The notes under the pieces were generated by a model. The model was not told where the DNA came from and made no database searches. It worked only from the letters and a program-made list of their open reading frames with translations. Both the position numbers and the translations under genes were made by a program. Below are positions 21,294-29,184 of a DNA stretch of 64,000 nt, piece by piece; the stretch's first letter is position 1, and the number at the start of each line of letters is the position of its first letter. Origin of the DNA: Acinetobacter phage vB_AbaSI_3; the sequence record PQ382034.1; one strand, given 5' to 3'.

Positions 21294-21301
21294 TATTTAT
21301 A
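21294..21301 (-). promoter_or_regulatory. Late promoter TATAAATA (- strand) driving the Cys-rich micro-ORF pair
   Basis: The reverse complement of 21294-21301 is TATAAATA. Confidence 0.45.
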
Positions 21302-21356
21302 GATCTTTGAACAGCTGATATATCAGATACATCTAAACCATCAGTCCCCTATCTTC

Positions 21357-21418
21357 TCCGACCGAATAGATATAATTAGAGCGGTGAACCGGTAGAACCA
21401 TTATACCATCAAAATTTT
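21357..21418 (-). repeat. Copy A of a ~62-bp repeated intergenic element; carries an extended -10 (TGgTATAAT) on the - strand with an upstream MotA-box-like TTTGCTTTA, and a conserved downstream direct repeat GGTTCTACCGGTTCACC
   Basis: 36/36 core identity (atataattagagcggtgaaccggtagaaccattata) plus 12/12 (catcaaaatttt) with copy B at 52312-52373. Confidence 0.6.
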
Positions 21419-21472
21419 ATAAAGCAAATGTGTGCTTATACATAAGGCGTTCAACAGATCAAATTTTGATCA

Positions 21473-21871
21473 TCACTGATGTCTAGCGCCACTAAGCTGT
21501 AGCTTTAGTTGTTCAAGTGTATCCGGGTTATCTAAGATGCTAAACATAACAGTTACAATAATAGCATTATTATCATATTGTGCTTGCACTGACACGCCTA
21601 GTCTAACAATTCTTGGCTCATATGCACGAATAGCTGATGTTATGCTTTTTTCTACTGTACTAACTGTAAGTGGAGACATGTTTTCAAATAAAGCATCGCC
21701 AATTTCACAGCCGAATTCTGGGTCAAATGGACGAGAGCCTTTAGGTGTTGTAATAATTCCTAAAAGAGAATTTTTAACTGCACGTGCGCCAACAGATGCA
21801 GCTACATCCTTATTCCATGCACGTGCCATTTCAGGTGATATGTCTGTATACATATCATTAATATTTTGCAT
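21473..21871 (-). CDS. 25: Baseplate wedge protein gp25
   Basis: Near-collinear with T4 gp25 (NKDVA.S.G.R..KNSLLGIITT.KGSRPFDPEFGC...D.LFENM.PLT..TVE..I.SA.R.YEPRI), same length 132 aa. Confidence 0.9.
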   Translation of the reverse strand: MQNINDMYTDISPEMARAWNKDVAASVGARAVKNSLLGIITTPKGSRPFDPEFGCEIGDALFENMSPLTVSTVEKSITSAIRAYEPRIVRLGVSVQAQYDNNAIIVTVMFSILDNPDTLEQLKLQLSGARHQ

Positions 21872-22515
21872 TATAGCACCTCAACAAATTCTTTAAAGCC
21901 TTTTATAATATGTACATGAGACTTGCCACACTTAGGACATTTGATTGGCACAACCAGCACAGGTTGTGGAGCTAATAAAAATGATTTGATATAATTAATA
22001 TCATCTTCAGTTATTGCATTGTATAGATCTTCTAATTCAAGCTCATTTAAATCTTCTACAAAAATCCGTTCATCACCTACATAAATCGATTCTATTGATT
22101 TTGCAATCATTAATGGCACATTGTCGTCATCCCAGAGTTCAGGCCATCTAAATGCAACTTTAAACTTTTTGAATGGATACAATGTCTCGAGATTACTATT
22201 GCCGTAATCTATCTGTGCTTTAGAGACATCTAACTCTACATCATGTACATGCCCGCATTCACATGTATATTCTTGAGTGACCTTTCCAAAATGTTCGCTA
22301 TTTGCGATTAAATTGATTAGAACTAATTCGGCATCATGTTTTGGTAAATTCATGAGCCCGGTACACTTCTCGATGATTGACGAGTATACCTTCTTCATAT
22401 TATCGGAGATTGTCGAATCTTTAGAAATTATAAGGCTTGTATAATCTCTCAATGAATATGATTTACATTCTACAACGCTAGAGCCTAACTTAACATTGAA
22501 TTTCTTTTCAAACAT
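21871..22515 (-). CDS. 26: Baseplate hub subunit gp26
   Basis: Position immediately upstream of gp25 with a 1-nt overlap. T4-like size. Confidence 0.7.
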   Translation of the reverse strand: MFEKKFNVKLGSSVVECKSYSLRDYTSLIISKDSTISDNMKKVYSSIIEKCTGLMNLPKHDAELVLINLIANSEHFGKVTQEYTCECGHVHDVELDVSKAQIDYGNSNLETLYPFKKFKVAFRWPELWDDDNVPLMIAKSIESIYVGDERIFVEDLNELELEDLYNAITEDDINYIKSFLLAPQPVLVVPIKCPKCGKSHVHIIKGFKEFVEVL

Positions 22516-22548
22516 AATTTAGTAGCCTACTAAAAGTTTTATTAAGAG

Positions 22549-22560
22549 TATTTATAAATA
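22549..22560. promoter_or_regulatory. Overlapping divergent late promoters within the palindrome TATTTATAAATA (- strand for gp26, + strand for gp51)
   Basis: The reverse complement of 22549-22556 is TATAAATA; 22553-22560 is TATAAATA. Confidence 0.5.
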
Positions 22561-22582
22561 TTTTTAATAAAAGGAGGCTTAT

Positions 22583-23338
22583 ATGGCTAATATTATAAGA
22601 TGTAGACTTCCTGACGGTATTCATCGCTTTAAGCCGTTTACAGTAGCTGACTATAGAGATTTCTTACTTATCAGAAATGATATGATTTCTAAAACTGATT
22701 CAGAGCAAGAAGAACTTGTCAGTGAATTGGCAGCAGATTATTTTAATGAATACCCTAAGTCATGGCAACAATATTTGTTCTTAAACGTTTTCACTGGATC
22801 TGTAGGTAAAACAAAGGTACCAATTGTGTTTCAATGTCCTACTTGTGGCAAATCTCAAAAGCGTTTGTTTAATATTGCTCAGGATGGTTTAGTTGCTCCA
22901 AAAATACAACTAAATGATGAAACAGAATTGTCGTTCAAATTTCCTGATGAGATTTACACTGATTCTGCACGATTGGTCCTAGACAACATTGAAAGTGTAT
23001 CACACAAAGGGGCTGAATACCGTTGGCAAGATTTAGATAAAGAAACACAAGACAATATAATCGAGATGCTGGACTTTGAGAAGTTTGAGATGCTTGTTAA
23101 AAAATTAAAGCCTATTCATTTTGAAATGAATATAAGCTGTTGTGAAAAGCATACAATTGTATTTGAAGACTTGGCATCTATTTTCAAATTGTTAATTAAT
23201 CCAGACGAAGTATTTCCATTTTATGAAATCAACAACATTCTAATTAAAAATAACTATGATTGGAATTCTATCATGGCGATGCTTCCAGCTGAACGCAGTA
23301 TAGCACTGTCAATGATAGAAAGGGATAGCAAAAGATGA
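22583..23338 (+). CDS. 51: Baseplate hub assembly catalyst gp51
   Basis: Divergent from gp26 and upstream of gp27 as in T4; AAGGAGG SD. CxxC..CC(x)H features. Confidence 0.65.
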   Translation: MANIIRCRLPDGIHRFKPFTVADYRDFLLIRNDMISKTDSEQEELVSELAADYFNEYPKSWQQYLFLNVFTGSVGKTKVPIVFQCPTCGKSQKRLFNIAQDGLVAPKIQLNDETELSFKFPDEIYTDSARLVLDNIESVSHKGAEYRWQDLDKETQDNIIEMLDFEKFEMLVKKLKPIHFEMNISCCEKHTIVFEDLASIFKLLINPDEVFPFYEINNILIKNNYDWNSIMAMLPAERSIALSMIERDSKR

Positions 23339-24918
23339 CACAACAAAGACCAGGGTATCCTAACGTCAGTATCAAGCTATATGAAGATTATGACGCATGG
23401 AAAGAAAATAGATTTATTGAGCTCGCAGCAACATTTACTACACTTACTCTTCGTGATAGCTTATATGGTACAAATGAAGGCATTCTTCAATTTTATGATT
23501 CAAAAAATTTACACGCTAAATTAAATGGCGAACAAATAATTCAAATATCGCTTTCAAATGCAAATTCTAAAGATGTAATTACACGCATCTATGGATGTAA
23601 TGACACATCAGTTTCAGTTGATGAAAAGGGCGATAATATTCTTGCATTCAACCTCCGTCCTTTACACACAGTAGAAAATGTTAAATTCAGTCGTGCATTC
23701 TTTGCTAATGCAACAGAATCTATTGAAACTATGATAAAGTCAATCTACAACAATAAAGCACAGCTTGCGCCTAAAGTTAAAGGATTGAATGTTTATGTTC
23801 CTCGTGTAGCATGGGTAAACACAATCGAAGATTATTTTGAATATGTTAGAGAAGTTGGCTTATCTGTTGAATCAGAAACACATGCATTCGTTTGGGAAGA
23901 TTTTACCGGCATCAATATTTCTGATTACAAATTCATGATTGATCAGAAACCAAGAGTAATGGTAGTTGGTGATCCCGCACAAATTGGTTCATATATCTCC
24001 AATATGAAAGAGCAATTGGCATATGACTTTACTTGGCTCGCTAAAACAAATCGAAATGTACGAAACCCACTAGAGAATGTGACAGTGTATAGCCATTCAT
24101 TCAATGACAAAGAAATTCAAAGAATTTCGATAGGTGAAGGCACTAACTCTGTTGTCGTATCTAGATCTGGCGGCTATTCTGAAATGACATATCGCAATGG
24201 ATATGAAGAAGCATTTAGATTGCTTACTATGGCTCAATATGATGGTTATGCCACATGTAAAGTTATTGGTGACTTTACGCTGACACCATTGCAGAAAGTG
24301 ATTTTTGGTGACAAAAAGGGACAATTCAAAACTGAATTTTATATTGATGAAGTAATTCATGTCATCACAAACAATTCATCTGAAACTCATTTATACTTGT
24401 TCACAAATGGTAAAGATCTTGTGCCAGTAAACATCGAAAAAATTAAAAATGAGATTGAGACCATTACTCCTCCATCAGATACAGTTCAACCTGAAGCATC
24501 AGCTGACAGGAAAGGTGCACAATGGGATCTCGATAAGTTATCAGAAGTAGTTTTGAAGAATGCACAAGGAAGAAAATCTACAGGTGAATGTGCATTGTAT
24601 GTTCGTAAAGCGTTACAAGCAGCGCAATTACAGAGTTTCTTCGCCGGTGGGCTAGGTAATGCAAATGAAATGCCATCACGGCTAACACAGATGGGATGGA
24701 TCGCAGTAGGTCAAAACGTTAAAAATGTCAAGAAAGGCGACATTGCAGTGTTCCAACGAACTAATACACGCCTTGGACAGAAATATGGCCATATTTGTAT
24801 TTTTACCGGATCACAGTGGGTGTCAGACTTTATCCAATCTAGTGTACAACCTAACAGAAATGATAATTTAACCTATACCGTATATAGAGCCCGTTATGGG
24901 TATAGTGCAGGAGCATAA
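23335..24918 (+). CDS. 27: Baseplate hub subunit gp27 with a ~135-aa C-terminal CHAP/NlpC-P60-like (Cys-His) extension
   Basis: Syntenic slot (51-27-28-29) and 527 aa vs T4's 391 aa. The extra C-terminal region carries GECALYVRKALQ...KKGDIAVFQ...YGHICIFTGSQWVSDF, a papain-like Cys/His amidase pattern. Confidence 0.75.
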   Translation: MTQQRPGYPNVSIKLYEDYDAWKENRFIELAATFTTLTLRDSLYGTNEGILQFYDSKNLHAKLNGEQIIQISLSNANSKDVITRIYGCNDTSVSVDEKGDNILAFNLRPLHTVENVKFSRAFFANATESIETMIKSIYNNKAQLAPKVKGLNVYVPRVAWVNTIEDYFEYVREVGLSVESETHAFVWEDFTGINISDYKFMIDQKPRVMVVGDPAQIGSYISNMKEQLAYDFTWLAKTNRNVRNPLENVTVYSHSFNDKEIQRISIGEGTNSVVVSRSGGYSEMTYRNGYEEAFRLLTMAQYDGYATCKVIGDFTLTPLQKVIFGDKKGQFKTEFYIDEVIHVITNNSSETHLYLFTNGKDLVPVNIEKIKNEIETITPPSDTVQPEASADRKGAQWDLDKLSEVVLKNAQGRKSTGECALYVRKALQAAQLQSFFAGGLGNANEMPSRLTQMGWIAVGQNVKNVKKGDIAVFQRTNTRLGQKYGHICIFTGSQWVSDFIQSSVQPNRNDNLTYTVYRARYGYSAGA

Positions 24919-24919
24919 A

Positions 24920-25468
24920 ATGGGAAATGTAAAATTAGAATTAGAGCCAAAATCTAAAGTGATTGAAGTTAATGGCAAAACTATCAAAGTCCCAAAACTT
25001 GGACTTAAACATAGACTATTGATGAAAGAAGGTATTAGCCATGAAGATGCAATGAAGGTGCTCCTAAACTATATTCAACCTAATTTATCATTAGCTGAAA
25101 GAGATTTATTGACACTTCACTTATTGGAGTATAATGGTAGAATTCGTTCGCAAGTTAAAGCCGGTGAATTCTTGTATGACATAAACAACGCATACATATG
25201 TCAACAATTAAAATTTAATTATGAAGATTATGAATTTAAATTCAGATCTCCAACAATGGAACTTATGAAAGGCCCATTAGACATTCTTTTGAAAGAGTGT
25301 TGTGTAAGTGTCAAGAAATCAGGTGAAAAAATTCCTGTACCCGATTTCATGGATATGCCAGCATTTGTCTACAGATGGGCAGATATGATAACAAATACTG
25401 TTGCCATTGATGGTCCATTTGGGCAAATCAGAGGCTTGTATAAAGTAGTGGAGTTATTCAGTGAATAA
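24920..25468 (+). CDS. 28: Baseplate hub distal subunit gp28
   Basis: The start is moved to ATG 24920 (GGAG SD, 6-nt spacer) just after the gp27 stop; the track's 24896 start lies inside gp27. Position as in T4. Confidence 0.65.
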   Translation: MGNVKLELEPKSKVIEVNGKTIKVPKLGLKHRLLMKEGISHEDAMKVLLNYIQPNLSLAERDLLTLHLLEYNGRIRSQVKAGEFLYDINNAYICQQLKFNYEDYEFKFRSPTMELMKGPLDILLKECCVSVKKSGEKIPVPDFMDMPAFVYRWADMITNTVAIDGPFGQIRGLYKVVELFSE

Positions 25469-27185
25469 TACATTTTCATCATCTAAACCTGCATCTGAGC
25501 AAACTACACTTAGACGCCCTCCAAAGCCAATAGCCGAAGAAGCTCCAGCAAATGATGAAGTTTTTGATGCAGGCCCAGAAGGAGCAAAAGAAGAAACATT
25601 AAGTAGTATCGATACTAATACGCAGGAACAAGTTGGCATACAACGACAACAACTTGGCGCAGCCAATCTTTCGCTAGGCATACAAGACCTTCAAAATCAA
25701 AAGCTAGAAGAAATATCTGCTTCTACATCTGGGATCTCGTCTAAGCTTAGTGCACTAAGCGATAAACTAAAGCAAAAGTATGAAGCCGCTGCACCAGTAA
25801 GTGAAGCGCCTATTCAAAATGCCGATTCAACATCAGAGATTCTTGCTAATAAACTTAATGCTAAAGATTCTTCTGCACAGGCGCCTGAGCCGGTAAAAAT
25901 AGTTCCCGATGAGAAGAAACCATCTGAAGATTTATTATCTAAACCTTCAGAGGTTAAAGGTGCGCCAGACAATACAGCATCAATGATAGTTGGTGCTGTA
26001 AAGGGAGTCCAAGGTGCTATAACTGCTGGATTCAAAAAGACCACTAGCATCGCAGATAAAATTTCTGGGATGTTGCTAAAGTATACAGTTACCCAAGCTG
26101 TTCAAGCAGCTAAACTCGCTTTAGCCGTATTTGCTATTATTTTTGCAATTGACATGTTGAAAATTGCATGGCAGGTTTGGGGCGACAAAATCATGGCAAA
26201 GTTTGAAGAATGGAGCCAAACGTTCGGAAAATGGTGGGACAATTTTAAACAATGGTCATCATATTTCTCTGACATGAAAAATTCATTCGAAGGCATGAAA
26301 GGCGACTTAATGGGCATCCGAAATGCATGGGAATCTGGTGATTGGCCGGCACTTGCATCTGCAATAGGAACTGCATTTATAGATGGCATCAAAACACTTA
26401 GTGGTATGTTAGATCGTGTAATTACAAAACTTGTTGCTACGCTATTAGACAAATTAGGCTTTAGCAAAGCAGCCAAGGCAATAGAAGCTGAAGGTCTTCA
26501 AAACTATCAAAACATGACTAACAATAGATTGTCCCCAGAAAATCAAAGGAAACTTGCAGAAGAGCAAATTAGGCGCGAAGAGAAAGATGGGCTTACTCCT
26601 ACTCAACGAGGCAAAACATCATTCTTACCAGATTCATGGCGTAAGAATCTTGGCTTAATTTCTGCCGATGAATATAACCAAATTCAAGCAGAGAAAAAGG
26701 ACCAAAATGCAAGAAGAGGCTTAAGTCACGAAGATAATGTTAAAGCAGTAGCTGCTACAAATGAAGCACGCGAAGCTATAGCTCGCTTCAAAAATATTGC
26801 GGATAATGTTAATCCTAATAACCCTGCACAAGTCGCTGAAGCAGATAAATACAAAAAGGAAGCACAACAATACATCAATAGTCCTGGCCTGGCATTGGTT
26901 CCAACAGTAAAAGCTGAATTACAGAATCAATTAGATAGCTATAAGCCTAAGAACAATGTAAAGGCATCTGTTCAGCCGGACAAGTCAACACCATCTAAAG
27001 ATACACAATTAGTGCAAAATATTAAAGTTGCAGAAGCAAATAAAGTTTCTAGATCTGCTGCACAAGCTTCAACAACTGCAAATATTAATACTAATATTGT
27101 TAAAACTAATAAGAGTTATAACGTGCAAAGTCCTATAACTGGAACTCGTGCGCCAGGTGTATTTAAGGCTACTTCAGTTAATTAA
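25461..27185 (+). CDS. 29: Baseplate hub/tail length determining protein gp29 (apparent GTG start)
   Basis: 574 aa with an N-terminal low-complexity/coiled region and a central hydrophobic segment (LALAVFAIIFAIDML). The GTG start overlaps the gp28 stop; the next in-frame ATG is ~175 codons in. Confidence 0.7.
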   Translation: MNNTFSSSKPASEQTTLRRPPKPIAEEAPANDEVFDAGPEGAKEETLSSIDTNTQEQVGIQRQQLGAANLSLGIQDLQNQKLEEISASTSGISSKLSALSDKLKQKYEAAAPVSEAPIQNADSTSEILANKLNAKDSSAQAPEPVKIVPDEKKPSEDLLSKPSEVKGAPDNTASMIVGAVKGVQGAITAGFKKTTSIADKISGMLLKYTVTQAVQAAKLALAVFAIIFAIDMLKIAWQVWGDKIMAKFEEWSQTFGKWWDNFKQWSSYFSDMKNSFEGMKGDLMGIRNAWESGDWPALASAIGTAFIDGIKTLSGMLDRVITKLVATLLDKLGFSKAAKAIEAEGLQNYQNMTNNRLSPENQRKLAEEQIRREEKDGLTPTQRGKTSFLPDSWRKNLGLISADEYNQIQAEKKDQNARRGLSHEDNVKAVAATNEAREAIARFKNIADNVNPNNPAQVAEADKYKKEAQQYINSPGLALVPTVKAELQNQLDSYKPKNNVKASVQPDKSTPSKDTQLVQNIKVAEANKVSRSAAQASTTANINTNIVKTNKSYNVQSPITGTRAPGVFKATSVN

Positions 27186-27194
27186 GGAATTAAA

Positions 27195-28286
27195 ATGAAT
27201 TTTAAAGAACTAGACGATGATTTCTTAGCAAAGGCTGGCTCAATTATATCTGCTGGCCAGAGCCAAAAATCCAAAGAAACACAAGTAAAAACCTTGACCG
27301 CTCAGTATCCTGCTGAGCGTGCTTCAGGATACGATAGTACTGGAGATTCAAGAGAATTTGACCAACTCTATCAAAACGGCTTGCTTTTTACCGCATACGA
27401 ATATTCATCTAGAACAACACCTAACTTACGTGATATGCGTACTACTATGCAAAAATCATACAAGTTATTAAATGCTATAGATAAAATCACGTCAGCAGTC
27501 AAAAGTGTCAAAGGCGGTTTAACATCAGCACAAAAAGATATGACAAAAAAGCCAGTTGCCAATATATTGCTGCCTAGATCAAAGAGCGATTCAGATGTAA
27601 CAAGTCATAAGTTTAATGACGTAGGTGAATCATTATTAACTCGTGGCAACAACACCATTACGGGTGTCCTAAGTAATATGGCATCTACTGCAGTGTTTGG
27701 CGCAATAGAATCTGTGACACAGGGTGTTATGGCTGACCATGGTGAACAAATTTATAACACTGCTCGTTCCATGTACGCTGGCGCTGATAATAGAACTAAA
27801 ATTTATACATGGGAATTTACACCAAGAACACCAGATGATTTAAATCAAATCTTAAAAATTTATGAGATTTTCAATTTCTTTTCATATGGCGTCACTGGTA
27901 ACTCACAATTTGCCAAAGATGTTAAAAAGCACATCGATGATTGGTATAAAAATACTATCATTAATAAAGTAAATGAAGAAGTTGGCGCAAAAACTCAGAA
28001 AACATTTATGGAATCTGTCACATCATTTTTGTCAAATGTCATTACAGTTTCTAACCCTACTGTATGGTTCATCCAGAACTTTGGCACACAATCAAAATAT
28101 GATGGGTTGGCTGACATTTTTGGACCTGCTCAAATTCAAAGTATTCGTTTCGATAAAGCGCCTGATGGAAATTTTAACGGTCTTGCAATTGCTCCAAATA
28201 TGCCATCAACATTTGTTCTTGAAGTAACATTTAGAGAAATTTTGACGCAAAATAGAGCATCTATTTATGGAGAAGATGTACTATGA
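27195..28286 (+). CDS. 48: Baseplate-tail tube junction protein gp48
   Basis: Synteny (29-48-54) and size (363 aa vs T4 364 aa). Confidence 0.75.
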   Translation: MNFKELDDDFLAKAGSIISAGQSQKSKETQVKTLTAQYPAERASGYDSTGDSREFDQLYQNGLLFTAYEYSSRTTPNLRDMRTTMQKSYKLLNAIDKITSAVKSVKGGLTSAQKDMTKKPVANILLPRSKSDSDVTSHKFNDVGESLLTRGNNTITGVLSNMASTAVFGAIESVTQGVMADHGEQIYNTARSMYAGADNRTKIYTWEFTPRTPDDLNQILKIYEIFNFFSYGVTGNSQFAKDVKKHIDDWYKNTIINKVNEEVGAKTQKTFMESVTSFLSNVITVSNPTVWFIQNFGTQSKYDGLADIFGPAQIQSIRFDKAPDGNFNGLAIAPNMPSTFVLEVTFREILTQNRASIYGEDVL

Positions 28287-29161
28287 AGAATACTGCTATT
28301 GCGTTAACATTAGATGAATTTAATAGCCAAATCGCTAATAAAGATTTTCAACGCACAAATATGTTCTCTATGCATTTTGCGACTAGACCTTCTTCAAAAT
28401 CACAAGAATACATTGGGCAACTATCACGCAAAATTGATGATAGCATTGCTTCAACATTAGATGCCTTAGGAGTAACTAATGAAAATATCCAAAATGCAAT
28501 TTCAACTATAGTTACAATTGGAACTCAAAAAGTAGTTAGAAAGGCTGGTGTAACAAAGGTCTTGATGGGTGCAATGACAAATAGGGTAGTGCAATCATTA
28601 CTCGGTGAACTCAAAGTCGGCACCTATCTTTTAGAATATTTTGATTTAGCCTTTCCAACATCAGGATTGTTAGTACAATCATGTAAAATTCCGGATAACC
28701 ATCTTAACTATGAGATGGACCGTCAACATAATGCACCTAGTGTAAAAATTACGGGACGTGATTATGAGCCTCTTGTAATTACATTTAGAATGGATGCCGA
28801 ATCAGCTAATTATCGTGCAATGATGGATTGGGTAAATGCAGTAGAAGATCCTATTACTGGGCTCCGAGGCTTGCCTATTGATGTTGAGGCAGACATTCAA
28901 ATCAATTTGCATGGACGTAATGGTTATCCACACACCGCATATATATTCTCTGGATGTATCCCTATGGTAGTCGGTGGTCCGCAGTTGTCATATGAAGACA
29001 ATAACCAAATTACCACATTTGACGTTACATATGCATATCGTTCGGTCCAAGTAGGTGCAGTAGGATTAAATGAGGCAAAAGAGTGGATGGAAAATTCTGC
29101 TATTAGCATAGGAAAAGGCCAATTTGACCCTACTATGAATTTTACTTCAAGATTGTCATAA
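28283..29161 (+). CDS. 54: Baseplate tail tube initiator gp54
   Basis: ATGA overlap with gp48. Syntenic position and size. Confidence 0.75.
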   Translation: MKNTAIALTLDEFNSQIANKDFQRTNMFSMHFATRPSSKSQEYIGQLSRKIDDSIASTLDALGVTNENIQNAISTIVTIGTQKVVRKAGVTKVLMGAMTNRVVQSLLGELKVGTYLLEYFDLAFPTSGLLVQSCKIPDNHLNYEMDRQHNAPSVKITGRDYEPLVITFRMDAESANYRAMMDWVNAVEDPITGLRGLPIDVEADIQINLHGRNGYPHTAYIFSGCIPMVVGGPQLSYEDNNQITTFDVTYAYRSVQVGAVGLNEAKEWMENSAISIGKGQFDPTMNFTSRLS

Positions 29162-29184
29162 ATAAAATCATTAGGAGAATACTT

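Noticed and set aside
24896-24919. gp28 start at 24896 in the ORF track
   Set aside because: That ATG lies inside the gp27 coding sequence. ATG 24920 sits 6 nt after a GGAG and immediately after the gp27 stop.
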